Sequence record: NZ_CP096760.1
Reading direction: 5' to 3' (one strand)
From: a plasmid
Length of the DNA stretch: 64,000 nucleotides
Part shown: positions 19,659 through 31,840 of the stretch, one piece after another
Layout: every line of letters begins with the position of its first letter
Numbering within the stretch: position 1 is the stretch's first letter
Made by a program: the position numbers and the translations under genes
The notes under the pieces: model-generated
Database searches by the model: none
What the model was told of the DNA's origin: nothing
What the model saw: the letters and a program-made list of their open reading frames with translations, nothing else

Positions 19659-19858
19659 TTCATTGTATCCAAGTAATCATGACTTAATTGATCTAAATTA
19701 AAAAATACCCTTCCTTCCTGTATATAGAAAAATAAAGGAAAGAAAGCTATTAACTCAGACCCTCCACCATTAAGTGAGGGTTATTTTGCTTATTGCACCC
19801 GTTGCTCAGAGTCAGAAGTTATTCACTGCTAAGCACCACAACAGACGCTAGCTACTCT

Positions 19859-20536
19859 TTATTTCAACAATTGAAGTAATGCTGTAGCAGTTGCAGCAGA
19901 AGAGGCTGGATTTTGTCCAGTAACCAGCAAGCCATCTACTTGAACATGTACTTGCCAATCATCTACTTTAGAATAATGACCACCATTTTCTTTAAGCATG
20001 TCTTCGACTAAAAATGGTACAATTTCAGTCAAGCCTACAGCAGCCTCCTCAGTATTGCTAAAACCAGTGACTAATTTACCGCTGACTAAAGGCGCTCCAT
20101 TACTCGCTTTCACATGACGAAGAACACCTGGGGCATGACACACTGCTGCAACAGGTTTGCCAGACTGAATCGCCTGTTCAATCAGAGAAATTGAAATCGG
20201 ATCTTCTGCTAAATCCCACAATGGACCATGCCCGCCTGGATAAAACACCGCATCATAATCAGCTACAGAAATTTCGCTAAGTTTATGCGTCTGTGCCAAT
20301 GCTTGCATTGCAGTTGGATCAGCTTCAAAACGATGAGTGGCTTCAGTTTGCGCATCGGCTAAATTACTTTTAGGATCTAGTGGTGGCTGCCCACCTTGAG
20401 GCGACGCCAGCGTAACTTCAGCACCAGAGTCAATAAAGATGTAATACGGTGCAGCAAGTTCTTCTAGCCAGAAACCTGTTTTCTTACCAGTATTGCCAAG
20501 TTGAACATGTGAGGTTAAAACGACTAAAATTTTCAT
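19859..20536 (-). CDS. DJ-1/PfpI-family (type 1 glutamine amidotransferase-like) protein
   Basis: AAVCHAPGVL nucleophile-elbow Cys. MKILVV start with GGAG SD at 20536; track ORF extends to 20572. Confidence 0.75.
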   Translation of the reverse strand: MKILVVLTSHVQLGNTGKKTGFWLEELAAPYYIFIDSGAEVTLASPQGGQPPLDPKSNLADAQTEATHRFEADPTAMQALAQTHKLSEISVADYDAVFYPGGHGPLWDLAEDPISISLIEQAIQSGKPVAAVCHAPGVLRHVKASNGAPLVSGKLVTGFSNTEEAAVGLTEIVPFLVEDMLKENGGHYSKVDDWQVHVQVDGLLVTGQNPASSAATATALLQLLK

Positions 20537-20620
20537 GTTATTTCTCCGATAATTTTCATGATTGAGGAGCATTGTTGCATGATCACTTGCTGTGTGGCGT
20601 GAGCATGCCAGATAGCTTAT

Positions 20621-21778
20621 TTAGATGCTCGTCGCAAGAATTTGGCGACTGATCTCTAATGAAACATTTTTGTGTTCGCCTAGCCGTGTCAGATTGTGTG
20701 ATTTAAGTTGCGTAATGATGATCTCAATATCTGTCTCCCCCAGTCCATAATCGCTAAGACGAGTCGGCAATCCAAGTTGCTCAAAGAAGGCTCGAGTACG
20801 AGCAATAGCCGTATCAATACGTTGTTCTTCATCACCTTCGACAATCTGCCAGACACGAGCTGCATACTGTAGTAATTTTTCTCGCTTCTCTTGACGACGC
20901 ACTTGTAGATTGGCCGGCAACACAATGGCCAAGGTACGAGCATGATCAATACCATGTAAAGCCGTGAGCTCATGTCCAATCAAATGGGTTGACCAATCTT
21001 GTGGTACACCAGCTCCAATCAGCCCATTCAGTGCCATGCTAGCAGACCACATCAAATTCGCACGCGTGTCATAATCTGCTGAATCTTCCAAGATTTTCGG
21101 TCCAATCTCAATCAGAGTTTGCAATAGACCTTCGGCAAAACGATCTTGTACTTGTGCATTCACAGGGTAAGTTAAGTACTGTTCAATGACATGAACAAAT
21201 GCATCCACCACGCCATTAGCCAACTGGCGCGTCGGCAAGCTAAAGCTTTTATTCGGATCTAGTACGGAAAATTGCGGAAAAACATAGGGACTGCTAAATG
21301 ACAATTTGGCTTGGGTCGATTTTCTGGTTACTACACCACCGCTATTCATTTCTGAACCAGTTGCCGGAAGGGTGAGTACACTCGCAAAAGGCAAAGCTTG
21401 AGTAATTTTAGTACCATGGGTTTCTAAAATCTCCCATGTATCCCCTGTATAATTGACTGCTGCTGCAATAAATTTAGTACCATCAATTACCGATCCACCA
21501 CCGACAGCCATCAAGAAATCAATCTTTTGTTCTCGAATCAGCTCTACAGCTTTCATGAGGGTTTCATAACTCGGATTCGGCTCAATTCCGCCAAATTCAT
21601 GAATTTCTCTTGCACCTAATGCTTCACGCACTTCAGCTAAAGTACCATTCTTACGTGCACTTTCACCACCAAATAACATTAACACTTTTGCTTCTGTAGG
21701 CACATAGTCATTGATTTCAGCTATTGTATCGCCACCAAAAATAATGCGGGTCGGATTATAAAAGTTAAAATTCAGCAT
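20621..21778 (-). CDS. iron-containing (group III) alcohol dehydrogenase, YqhD/butanol-dehydrogenase-like
   Basis: GGGSVIDGTK NAD(P)-binding motif and His-rich metal site; 385 aa. Confidence 0.85.
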   Translation of the reverse strand: MLNFNFYNPTRIIFGGDTIAEINDYVPTEAKVLMLFGGESARKNGTLAEVREALGAREIHEFGGIEPNPSYETLMKAVELIREQKIDFLMAVGGGSVIDGTKFIAAAVNYTGDTWEILETHGTKITQALPFASVLTLPATGSEMNSGGVVTRKSTQAKLSFSSPYVFPQFSVLDPNKSFSLPTRQLANGVVDAFVHVIEQYLTYPVNAQVQDRFAEGLLQTLIEIGPKILEDSADYDTRANLMWSASMALNGLIGAGVPQDWSTHLIGHELTALHGIDHARTLAIVLPANLQVRRQEKREKLLQYAARVWQIVEGDEEQRIDTAIARTRAFFEQLGLPTRLSDYGLGETDIEIIITQLKSHNLTRLGEHKNVSLEISRQILATSI

Positions 21779-22374
21779 ATTTTTATCCTAGGATGATCAG
21801 CTAATTGATTTGAAAAGCCACCGTTATTCATCAAATAAACTTTAAAAAATTGGACAATACTGTGGCTTTTGCCTACACCATGTGCTAACTATACATAAAA
21901 ATAGACCAGTCGTCTATTTTTTTAAAAAAATTATTTCAGCTTGCCAACTTGAGTGATGCTTAAACAAATTCAGGCTTGTTCTATACCACTTTTATTATTG
22001 ATGTATTTTCACGAGCGATTGTTGGATGGAAGATATCAACACGTATGACTATTGACATGGTCGTGAACGCATTGGCTGAAACAGTGAATGGCTCATAGAA
22101 AATAGCAATGATTAAATATTTTAAAAGCAGATTGGCAAGGTTTAGCAGATGTACAAATGCAGCGCTAAATTAGATAGATTGGTTCAATATAAGGCATGTG
22201 GATTCATTCGTTTATTTACCCTGTTTTGGATATTGACCCATGTAAACGATGAGATTAAGCCAATAAATAAAGTAGCCCAACTTGAATAAAAAGCCTCTGA
22301 CAAACATCATAGGGTTGAAGTGCTGCCTTACATTCAAAATTTCAGACAGCACCCTCATACATTTAAGCATAGGT

Positions 22375-22677
22375 TTAAGCTGGTAGTTTACTCGCCAAAA
22401 CATCTACTTTTTCAATAGATGGTGGCTCTGAAAATAGCTCTTCGGCCTGAGCCATCAACGCAGCTGCAACCTTGCCAGATAAATGCGCTTGGCGACCCGC
22501 CTCATCAGGAAATGCATCAAAAATACCAAATGTTGTAGGACCAAGACGAAGGCCAAACCACGCAACTGTCGCAGGTTCTTCCATTACAATAGGTAAACCG
22601 GCTTTAAGAAAAGCTTCCACTTCGTCTTCTTTACCCGGTTTAGCTTCAAGACGGACATATAAAGCTGTTTTAAGCAT
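22375..22677 (-). CDS. ABM-domain (antibiotic biosynthesis monooxygenase-like) protein, putative quinol monooxygenase
   Basis: 100-aa ferredoxin-like ABM pattern (LKTALYVRLEAKPGKEDEVEAFLK...). Confidence 0.65.
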   Translation of the reverse strand: MLKTALYVRLEAKPGKEDEVEAFLKAGLPIVMEEPATVAWFGLRLGPTTFGIFDAFPDEAGRQAHLSGKVAAALMAQAEELFSEPPSIEKVDVLASKLPA

Positions 22678-23000
22678 GACTAAAACTCCATAATTGATTA
22701 GAATTCAAACTGAATCTGACATTGCTAATGTATGCATGTCAGAAAGTTTTGTTGTATAAAAGTTAAAAAAATTTCCCATAGCTGAGCCAAAATTTAGATT
22801 TTTATTTCGACATAATGCTATGAATTTATTCAAGTTAATATCATTAACATTTGAATCAAAAATCAAGATATGAGATGATTAAATTCAATCTTAGTTATAT
22901 AAGGATCAATTGACTCTACCTTAGATTTATAAGCTGACCTCTTCATCTGGAGATTATATTGCTCAAGAAGCATTCAAGAACAACATGTATATCCTCATAT

Positions 23001-23846
23001 CTATGAAAGTTTTTTTGCTAGGAATTTGCTGTGAAACTCTATATGTTTCTCTATAAAGCTCGCAATGAAGTAATAGCTATGGTCATACCCTTCTCTTAGG
23101 TTAAGTGTAAGAGGATATTCTTGTTCCAAACAAATATCACTAAGCAGCTTAGGTCTTAACTGTTCTTCAAGAAAATCATCAGCTGTTCCCTGATCGACTA
23201 AAATAGGTAAATGAACTTCCGCGTTTTTGATTAATTCAATCGCATCATAGCTTTTCCATAAAGTTTCGTTTTCACCTAGGTAGTGTGTGAAAGCCTTTTT
23301 CCCCCAAGGTACTTGGCTAGGTGCAACAATTGGTGCAAAAGCAGAAATACTTTTATACAGCTCAGGGTTTTTTAACCCAATGACTAATGCACCATGACCA
23401 CCCATGCTATGCCCCATAATGCTTTGGACTTGGTTGGTCGGAAAATTCAGGTCAATCAGATTTCTGAGCTCTTCCACAATATAATCATACATTTTGAAAT
23501 GCTGTGACCAGGGTGCTTGTGTTGCATTCACATAGAATCCTGCACCTTGGCCTAAATCATAATCTGCATGATCTGGTACATCTTCTCCACGTGGGCTGGT
23601 ATCTGGTGCAACAATAATGACTTTATGTTCAGCCGCATACTTTTGTGCTCCGGCTTTAGTAATAAAGTTCTGTTCGTTGCAAGTCAGCCCTGATAACCAA
23701 TATAAAACTGGCAACCGCTCATCTTTGTCATGAGGTGGCAGATATATTGAGAATTTCATTGAACAGTTTAATGCTGTTGACTGATGGCAATACACTTCTT
23801 GCGATCCACCAAAAGAAGCATGTTTCTCAATTATTTCCATAATCAA
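23001..23846 (-). CDS. frmB: S-formylglutathione hydrolase (esterase D family)
   Basis: GHSMGGHGAL nucleophile elbow. YLSGLTC and DQG/DHSY motifs. Directly downstream of frmA. Confidence 0.85.
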   Translation of the reverse strand: MIMEIIEKHASFGGSQEVYCHQSTALNCSMKFSIYLPPHDKDERLPVLYWLSGLTCNEQNFITKAGAQKYAAEHKVIIVAPDTSPRGEDVPDHADYDLGQGAGFYVNATQAPWSQHFKMYDYIVEELRNLIDLNFPTNQVQSIMGHSMGGHGALVIGLKNPELYKSISAFAPIVAPSQVPWGKKAFTHYLGENETLWKSYDAIELIKNAEVHLPILVDQGTADDFLEEQLRPKLLSDICLEQEYPLTLNLREGYDHSYYFIASFIEKHIEFHSKFLAKKLS

Positions 23847-24068
23847 TTACCTATGTTGAGCAAGACTTCATGAGAAATCGAGTAAACAAAGAGTCTGTCA
23901 TTCTCCACAGAGAATAGTGATTAAGATTTAAAATGTAGGCAGGTTTGTTGAACCTATACACGATGCCTACACAGATAGATGGGTTTTACAGATAATGTGC
24001 CGTTTTAGAGGATTCCATGCATGTCATTCATGATGCACATGCATGGAAAACTATAAGGTCTGACGGAA

Positions 24069-25202
<1,134 letters not shown>

Positions 25203-25478
25203 CTATTTTAAATATGATTTTAGAATCTTGGCGATTTCAGCCAATTCTTCTTTTCGTTGTTGTTCTGTGGTTTCACCTGATACTAAAGTGTCCTTTAAAT
25301 GAACCTCTAACATCTCATTCATTAGACCATTAATAGCACCACGCACAGAGCATATTTGTTGCAGAATCGCACCACATTCCACATTGTCTTCTAGCGCTTT
25401 TTCAATCGCTTGTGTCTGACCTTTGATCTTTCTGACGCGTAGAAGAATCTTTTTTTTGTCTTCAACCTGATTAGGCAT
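25203..25478 (-). CDS. frmR: FrmR-type formaldehyde-responsive repressor (CsoR/RcnR family)
   Basis: 91 aa, RVRKIKGQTQAIEKALE and HLKDT helix-bundle signature. Heads frmRAB operon. Confidence 0.8.
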   Translation of the reverse strand: MPNQVEDKKKILLRVRKIKGQTQAIEKALEDNVECGAILQQICSVRGAINGLMNEMLEVHLKDTLVSGETTEQQRKEELAEIAKILKSYLK

Positions 25479-25668
25479 CAGACCTCCTTATTTGCTAGCA
25501 TTGATACTATAGTACCCCATAGTATAAGAAAAGCAATATTTTTTATAAATCGAAAATCAAAAAGACCTTTAGCGAAAATTTTCTATCCCTGTTTTTAGTT
25601 TTTTTAAATTAACATCGTAGAGCTGATGATGTGTGCTGAAATAACAGAACACTTTCACTTAGGATATT

Positions 25669-26538
25669 CTAGGCAACCAACTTATAAAAGTCCTCTGCCA
25701 TTTGATTTGGTGTCTTAAAATCCAGTCCTTTCTGAATTCTCTGCTGATTATAAAATAGCTCTATGTATTTTGTAATATCTGCTTTGGCTTCTTCCCTCGT
25801 TTTATAATTGCGATGATGCACCAATTCGTTCTTTAATATTCCCCAGAAACTTTCAATTGGAGCATTATCATAACAGTCTCCTTTCTTACTCATCGAACCA
25901 TGAAATCCATATTTTTCAATCATGTTACGATATTCATGACTGCAATATTGACTGCCTCTGTCTGAGTGAACAATTAATCCTTGTGGTGGTTTGCGATTCC
26001 TAATTGCCATATTCAGTGCATTGCAGACAAGTTGGGCTGTCATACGTTCACTTAAGCTATAACCAACCACTTGTTTGGTACAAAGGTCTTTTAAAGCCGC
26101 TAGATACAGCCATCCTTCAGCTGTCCATATGTATGTAATGTCACTTACCCACGCAATGTTGGGAGTAGTCGCTGTAAAGTTTTGCTCTAACAAATTGTTG
26201 TAAACAGAACGACTGTGATCGCTATTTGTTGTCCTTTTAAAACGTTTATGACGTTTACAATACAGTTGATTTAGCCTTTTTATACAACGGACTGCATACG
26301 CGCTAATTTGAGTGCCTTGTGACTGTAAGTACTTCGTTAAGCGAATATGACCATAACTTTCTTTAGTTTCTTGATGGGCTATTTTGACAAAGATTGTCTG
26401 TTGGTTTCTTTGAATAGCTCGTTTACTTAAGCCTTGCTTTACCCAATCATAAAACCTTGATATTGAAACTTTAAGCAGTCTAGCCATCATCGTTGTTGGG
26501 TAGGTGTTTTTGTACTCTTTCATGTAAGCGTACCTCAC
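25669..26538 (-). CDS. IS3-family transposase OrfB (DDE integrase core)
   Basis: DDE core WVSDITYI...HSDRGSQY...E. Overlaps orfA in -1 frame. Confidence 0.8.
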   Translation of the reverse strand: MRYAYMKEYKNTYPTTMMARLLKVSISRFYDWVKQGLSKRAIQRNQQTIFVKIAHQETKESYGHIRLTKYLQSQGTQISAYAVRCIKRLNQLYCKRHKRFKRTTNSDHSRSVYNNLLEQNFTATTPNIAWVSDITYIWTAEGWLYLAALKDLCTKQVVGYSLSERMTAQLVCNALNMAIRNRKPPQGLIVHSDRGSQYCSHEYRNMIEKYGFHGSMSKKGDCYDNAPIESFWGILKNELVHHRNYKTREEAKADITKYIELFYNQQRIQKGLDFKTPNQMAEDFYKLVA

Positions 26539-26833
26539 TGATTTTCCTTGGCAAAGTACGCTGCTGCTTTTTTAGAAACTCTTTCTCCATTTCGGCAGTT
26601 TTGAGTTGTTGTTTGAGCTTTTTATTTTCTTCGAGCAGAGCAACGAGGTCAGGTGAATATTGTTGTGTTCCCTCTAATGTTCCTGCTTTTGCTTTATTAT
26701 ACCAATTCGACAGCGTTTGCATGGAAACACCAAGTTGTCGTGCTGTTTCCGAGACATTTCCTTGATTTAACTCAATAGCCTTGATTGCTTCAGCTTTAAA
26801 TTCTGCCGTATAAATCTTTTGTTTTTTGCTCAT
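26480..26833 (-). CDS. IS3-family transposase OrfA (HTH)
   Basis: YTAEFKAEAIKAIELNQGNVSETARQLGVSMQTLSNW typical IS3 OrfA. Confidence 0.8.
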   Translation of the reverse strand: MSKKQKIYTAEFKAEAIKAIELNQGNVSETARQLGVSMQTLSNWYNKAKAGTLEGTQQYSPDLVALLEENKKLKQQLKTAEMEKEFLKKQQRTLPRKISEVRLHERVQKHLPNNDDG

Positions 26834-26907
26834 GGTAAACTCCTGATGAGTATGTTTAGCTTACCAAGTTAAAGTCTCCGTTTTTGTCAGCACACATCAC
26901 ATTCAGA

Positions 26908-27387
26908 AGGTTACTTATAATTAAAATGGATTTCTCCATACATACTGATCATACAGTCACGCTTGAATTATTAAAAACCTACCTTCGAATGTTCATCAAA
27001 AAACTTCATGCACCGAATGATAAAGTTCCACCCATTGTCGGTTTTGTTTGGAAATTAGAATACTCAGTATTAAAAAGTTACCACTATCATTTCCTATTTT
27101 TCATGGATGCGAATACTTTTACAGAAGATAAAAACTTTGCCTATAAACTTGGTGAATTATGGCAAAAAATAACCTTAAAAAAAGGAATCTATCAAAGCTT
27201 CAATCATGAAGAGCAAGTACGTAAAAATCTTGCTATTGGTATACTCACTCATGATGATCAAGAAAAAATTGACTCTCTAAATAAGATGATTTATCACATA
27301 ACCAAAACAGAGCAGTTCATTCTTGAAAGAAGCCAAATTAATCAACGAACATTTGGCTACAGCACCCGCAAGTATGCAACAAGGTAA
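26908..27387 (+). pseudogene. C-terminal remnant of YagK/YfjJ (inovirus Gp2-like) family protein, N-terminus removed by IS3 insertion
   Basis: Motif VGFVWKLEYSVLKSYHYHFLFFMD matches family hallmark GY.WKLE..G.HYH. Reading frame continues out of IS end. Confidence 0.5.
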
Positions 27388-27634
27388 GTTGAATACTTTA
27401 TAAAGATTTAGCTAGATGTTTCTTTAATTCTGTTCTTTTCTATTCATTCGACACATAAGGTCACGAATTACGTAAACCCTATATAAGTTTATTTTTTAAA
27501 CAGTTGAATACCTTATTTCATACATTAATTTACAGCGTGCCGTTTCATCCTAAGGCTCTAATACAAGTGTTTTTTAATTCTTGGCAGCCTTGCTAGGAGT
27601 CTGTTTAATGTTGAACTAGAAAGAGGAAATCCGC

Positions 27635-28798
27635 ATGCGTGCTCTTACCTATCATGGTGCTAGGGATGTACGAGTTGAATCTGTTCCAGATCCAGTGATT
27701 CAGGAACCAGATGACGTTATTTTAAGGGTGACAGCCACCGCCATCTGTGGCTCAGATCTGCATTTATACCGGGGAAAAATCCCGGCCACTGAAGACGGTG
27801 ATATTTTCGGCCATGAATTTATGGGAATTGTAGAAGAAGTCGGCCCAGAAGTAACCGAAGTCAAAAAAGGTGATCGGGTAATTATTCCCTTTGTGATTGC
27901 ATGCGGTCACTGTTTTTTCTGTGAACATGAACTCATGGCTGCCTGTGAAAATACCAATACCGGCCGTGGTGCAATTCTCAATAAAAAACAGATCCCACCA
28001 GGGGCAGCTTTATTTGGCTTTAGCCATTTGTATGGTGGTATACCGGGTGGTCAAGCTGAATATGTGCGGATCCCCAAGGGCAATGTCGGACCATTTAAAG
28101 TGCCAGGCTCCCTGCCTGATGAAAAAGTATTATTCCTGACCGATATTCTACCAACCGCCTGGCAAGCAGTAAACAATGCCCAAGTTGGTCGAGGTTCCAG
28201 TGTGGCGATTTATGGTGCTGGCCCAGTCGGTCTGCTGGCTGCTGCCTGTGCGCGGATGCTCGGTGCCGAGCAGATTTTTATGGTCGATCACCATCCTTAT
28301 CGTCTGCGTTTCGCACATCAAACCTATGGAGTGATTCCGGTCAATTTTGATGAAGTCGATGCCGCTGAATTTATCATTCAAAATACCACGGGTTATCGTG
28401 GAGTCGATGCCGTCATTGATGCGGTCGGTTTTGAAGCCAAAGGCAGCATGCTGGAAACCGTAATGACTAACCTGAAATTAGAAGGTTCGAGTGGTTCAGC
28501 GTTAAGACAATGTATTGCAGCGGTCCGCCGCGGCGGTGTGGTGAGTGTACCTGGAGTTTATGCCGGTCCAATTCATGGCTTCCTGTTTGGTGATGCCTTT
28601 GACAAAGGTTTAACCTTTAAAATGGGACAAACTCATGTGCATAATTACTTGCCGCAGTTGCTAGAACATATTGAAAATGGAGATCTGTCTCCAGATCTGA
28701 TCATTACCCATCGCATGAAACTGGAAGATGCTGCGGAAGGTTACCGTATTTTTGATAAAAAAGAAGAAGACTGTCGTAAAGTGATTCTGACGCCATAA
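27635..28798 (+). CDS. fdhA: glutathione-independent zinc formaldehyde dehydrogenase (MDR family)
   Basis: MRALTYHG N-terminus. CGSDLH zinc motif. [10 protein letters not shown] structural-zinc Cys cluster. GAGPVGL Rossmann motif. 387 aa. Confidence 0.85.
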   Translation: MRALTYHGARDVRVESVPDPVIQEPDDVILRVTATAICGSDLHLYRGKIPATEDGDIFGHEFMGIVEEVGPEVTEVKKGDRVIIPFVIACGHCFFCEHELMAACENTNTGRGAILNKKQIPPGAALFGFSHLYGGIPGGQAEYVRIPKGNVGPFKVPGSLPDEKVLFLTDILPTAWQAVNNAQVGRGSSVAIYGAGPVGLLAAACARMLGAEQIFMVDHHPYRLRFAHQTYGVIPVNFDEVDAAEFIIQNTTGYRGVDAVIDAVGFEAKGSMLETVMTNLKLEGSSGSALRQCIAAVRRGGVVSVPGVYAGPIHGFLFGDAFDKGLTFKMGQTHVHNYLPQLLEHIENGDLSPDLIITHRMKLEDAAEGYRIFDKKEEDCRKVILTP

Positions 28799-28811
28799 AT
28801 ATGATTAAATG

Positions 28812-28841
28812 AAAGCGCCGTCAGGCGCTTTTTTATTTTTT
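28812..28841 (+). terminator. rho-independent terminator AGCGCCGTCAGGCGCT+TTTTTATTTTTT
   Basis: Hairpin plus T-tract 14 nt after fdhA stop. Confidence 0.7.
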
Positions 28842-28870
28842 ATCATCATTTTATCAATCCTCTTTTTCTT

Positions 28871-29928
28871 GTTTTTAAGGGCTTTGTTGCACAAAGATTT
28901 GAAATGCAAAGCGCCCCTAATTGAGCCAAATTTAAGGCGTAACTTGGGTAAGTGGTCGACCTAATTCCGTAAATCTGTTAAGGACTGCTACACGTGCATG
29001 GATCTCATTCACTTGGCTATCAAAACTCCTTGCACTGAGTTTATCCCCTAATAATTTAATGCAGTTCATCTTAGTTTCAACCAAACTTCGCCGATGATAG
29101 CCTGACCATTTTTTCCATAGTGTCCTGCCTAAACGCTTAACTGTTCGAAGTAATTCATTTCGCTCTAGCGAGCTACTCTTTGTATCTTTCCATGGTTTCG
29201 CATTTTTTCTAGGTGGAATCACCGCATGCGCTTGCCGATCTGCAATGACCTGACGGCATTGCTTGGTGTCATAAGCTCCATCGGTATAAACAGAGTCAAT
29301 CCTCTCATCTTGTGGAATCTGATTAAGTAAATCACCAAGCACCTGTGAATTACTGACATTATTGGTTGTAAGCTGAACTGCTCGTATTTGTAGGGTTTTA
29401 GAATCTATGCCAATATGAAGTTTACGCCATTGGCGACGATATTCAGGTCCATGTTTCTTGCGTTTCCATTCGCTCTCACCTAGAAACTTCATGCCTGTAG
29501 AGTCCATGAGTAGATGCAGCCCATCGCTACTTTTTTGGTAGCTGATTACAATATCAATATGCTTTTGTCTTCTACAAAGCGTGGTGTACGAATATCACTG
29601 ATATTCGGGGCTGCTCATCCGCAAAGTTTAATCAGACTTTGCAAAAAGCCAGTAACCATACGTAAAGTCAGACGGAATAAGGATTTAATCATTAAGCAGC
29701 ATTCGATGGCTGCGTCGGAGTATGTTTGATTTCGCCCTTGTTTGCCTTTTGATGGAGCATACCATTGCGTAGCAGGATCAAACCAAATGGCAATATTTCT
29801 GCGACTCATGAGTGCTCGGTTATATGCTGGCCAATTGGTTGTGCGGTAGATTTTCTGTGTAGGCTTCTTCATTTGAAAATTATATCGCTGAAAAAGCCGT
29901 TACAGATAGGTTTGTGCAACAAAGCCCA
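28871..29928 (-). mobile_element. second, diverged IS5-family copy in inverted orientation (transposase disrupted)
   Basis: Same terminal IRs GGCTTTGTTGCACAAAGATTT (28871) and GGCTTTGTTGCACAAACCTA (rc at 29928). Transposase split into 85-aa and 191-aa ORFs by a ~108-bp disrupted segment. Confidence 0.75.
28932..29872 (-). pseudogene. IS5-family transposase, frameshifted/disrupted (about 75-80% aa identity to 15914..16846 by eye)
   Basis: N-terminal part 29615..29872 (YRTTNWPAYNRALMSRRNIAIWFD) and C-terminal part 28932..29507 are in different frames, separated by non-coding-looking sequence. Confidence 0.7.
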
Positions 29929-30108
29929 TCGAGTGCTAAATTGCTTGCATTACTTGCAATGGCATCTGCCAAACGCCCTCTTCAATATAATTATACTCCC
30001 ATATTACAAGCTTTATATCTATCTAGTTATCTACATTTCTATATTCCTATATTACTACATAACAATATTGAAAGTTACTTATAAAACAATATAATATCCT
30101 AACTATAT

Positions 30109-30184
30109 TGCGTAGTAGCTCAGTAGGTAGAGCAGCGGACTGTTAATCCGTTGGTCACTGGTTCGAACCCAGTCTACGCAGCCA
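30109..30184 (+). tRNA. tRNA-Asn (anticodon GTT)
   Basis: Cloverleaf folded by hand. Acceptor TGCGTAG/CTACGCA. D-arm GCTC-AGTAGGTA-GAGC. Anticodon stem GCGGA/TCCGT with loop CTGTTAA. T-arm ACTGG-TTCGAAC-CCAGT. Discriminator G and encoded CCA. Confidence 0.85.
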
Positions 30185-30194
30185 ATCTCCTTAT

Positions 30195-30467
30195 ATGCTC
30201 CTCTTGTACTCAGGGACCGAAATGTCATACGCCGACAGAACACCGATGGCAAAATTCTTTGATGCGCTGGCTTATGAAAAGAATGAAGTAAAAGTTACGC
30301 ACACAAAGGATAAAAAGGGCGTCCATGAGTCGATTCATGTGAAGTTAAGTAGTGGTTTTGCAAAATTTGAAAAGAACAATCAAAAATATGAATTTGTCTT
30401 TAATCATCAACACCAAGAAATTAATGAAGATTGCTTTACTTCCGTAAAAGAAAAGTTAGTTAAATAA
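30195..30467 (+). CDS. hypothetical protein
   Basis: ORF 10 nt after tRNA; Lys-rich. Confidence 0.4.
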   Translation: MLLLYSGTEMSYADRTPMAKFFDALAYEKNEVKVTHTKDKKGVHESIHVKLSSGFAKFEKNNQKYEFVFNHQHQEINEDCFTSVKEKLVK

Positions 30468-30700
30468 TTAACAATATTAATGGCTTATAATCTATGTAGA
30501 TTTCTATCTATATTTCTATATTTCTACATAAATTTGTAATTGTTGATGCAAATTCACCGTTTGCACGTTTTTAAAATAGAAACGGCTATTTTGCATTTTG
30601 AAACGATTGCATTGCTTTTCGAGTAGTAAGCGTTTATATTCTCAATAGTAAAGTATTTTTATACATTTCTATTTATCACAGGCAGAATAGGTGCAGCGAA

Positions 30701-31027
30701 ATGTTCACAAGAACGGTTCAAACCCTTAAAAATAGCACAGATCTTGTTCAAAGATTTGCTATGCCTGAAATTCATGAAGATTTTGAATTACGCCGTCTTT
30801 CTAATAAAGACCGCTATAAACACTACATTCTTATCTTCAAGAATGTAATCAACCAAAAGAAAGATTGGGAAGATGTAAAGGTCGTTGCTGAGATTCAGGA
30901 ACGCAACCATAATCTTCGATTCAATATTAAGATTTCTAAACAGTATCCAGAACTTGCAGATTATGAAAAGCTTTTAGAAGCTAAAATTAATGCTATCATT
31001 AACAATAGCTCATTAGTAATTTCATAA
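30701..31027 (+). CDS. hypothetical protein
   Basis: ORF with plausible RBS; no motif. Confidence 0.45.
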   Translation: MFTRTVQTLKNSTDLVQRFAMPEIHEDFELRRLSNKDRYKHYILIFKNVINQKKDWEDVKVVAEIQERNHNLRFNIKISKQYPELADYEKLLEAKINAIINNSSLVIS

Positions 31028-31042
31028 GAAACAAGGATAACT

Positions 31043-31765
31043 GTGTCTCCTAGTCTTTTAACTCAAGATAATTATCAAAAACTTCTTGATCCGCTACCCC
31101 TAGACTTTGACTATGAAAAACCTATTGAAACTAGGTTTTTCTTTAATCAAGTATCTGATTCTATTTTTAAGTTTGTAGAACTTAAAGGCAATCCTGGCTG
31201 CGATTATAGTGGCTGCATTGAGGTGCATTATTGCCATTATAATGAAATGGCGAAAGGTGCCATGCTAGCGATAGCTGAAGACCATTGTGATCCTTATGAA
31301 GTTGCAGCCGAGGTATTTAAAGCCGGCTTGGACTACGATTATGAAAAACTAATAGGTCGATATACTTATAAGGATTTCACATTTCAGGATCATGAAGAGA
31401 CCAAATTTGGCAAACAGATCAGAGGGGCATATATTGAAAAAGAATTTCAACAATTTAAAATTGCCACTTTCATTTATCAATTTCTGGCGAATAAATATTC
31501 ACATTTAATAAGCGACAACCAACAAACCTATCAGGGACACAATTTATGGGTTTTAAGTGTTCTTAAATGGGGGAAGGTAAAAGCTTATGATTGTATTGAG
31601 CAAAAATTTATCAGTTCCTTCCATCCTATAGACGAGTCGAAAGGTTTCAAGCCGTGGTCAATTCCTTATAACTTTCCTGAGGAAAATGAAAAGTTTTTAA
31701 TCATGGATTTTTGCGTGCGAACAGATGTTCCTCTTGCCAACGTAGTGTTAATCGCTCATGGTTAG
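31043..31765 (+). CDS. hypothetical protein
   Basis: 240-aa ORF ending at bidirectional terminator. Confidence 0.5.
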   Translation: MSPSLLTQDNYQKLLDPLPLDFDYEKPIETRFFFNQVSDSIFKFVELKGNPGCDYSGCIEVHYCHYNEMAKGAMLAIAEDHCDPYEVAAEVFKAGLDYDYEKLIGRYTYKDFTFQDHEETKFGKQIRGAYIEKEFQQFKIATFIYQFLANKYSHLISDNQQTYQGHNLWVLSVLKWGKVKAYDCIEQKFISSFHPIDESKGFKPWSIPYNFPEENEKFLIMDFCVRTDVPLANVVLIAHG

Positions 31766-31789
31766 AAATTTGATGAAGTTGCTTAAAAT

Positions 31790-31818
31790 AAAGCTCGCTT
31801 ATTGCGAGCTTTTTTGTT
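31790..31818. terminator. bidirectional rho-independent terminator AGCTCGCTTATTGCGAGCT+TTTTTG
   Basis: Between convergent genes 31043..31765(+) and 31841..32089(-). Confidence 0.7.
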
Positions 31819-31840
31819 TGGATGGCTTGATAACCGATTT

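Larger units (their letters stand above)
25627..26907 (-). mobile_element. IS3-family insertion sequence (orfA/orfB with A6G frameshift window), about 1.28 kb
   Basis: Imperfect terminal IRs TGATGTGTGCTGA-AA-AAC (25627..) and reverse-complement at 26882-26907. AAAAAAG slippery heptamer on coding strand near 26567-26573. orfA HTH + orfB DDE. Confidence 0.75.

Noticed and set aside
22010-22110. Short stretch translating to ...MTIDMVVNALAETVNG..., resembling an IS3-type transposase fragment
   Set aside because: Only about 25 residues of similarity with no extended frame; could be a chance match. Noted as possible IS remnant in the 600-bp gap between the Fe-ADH and ABM genes.
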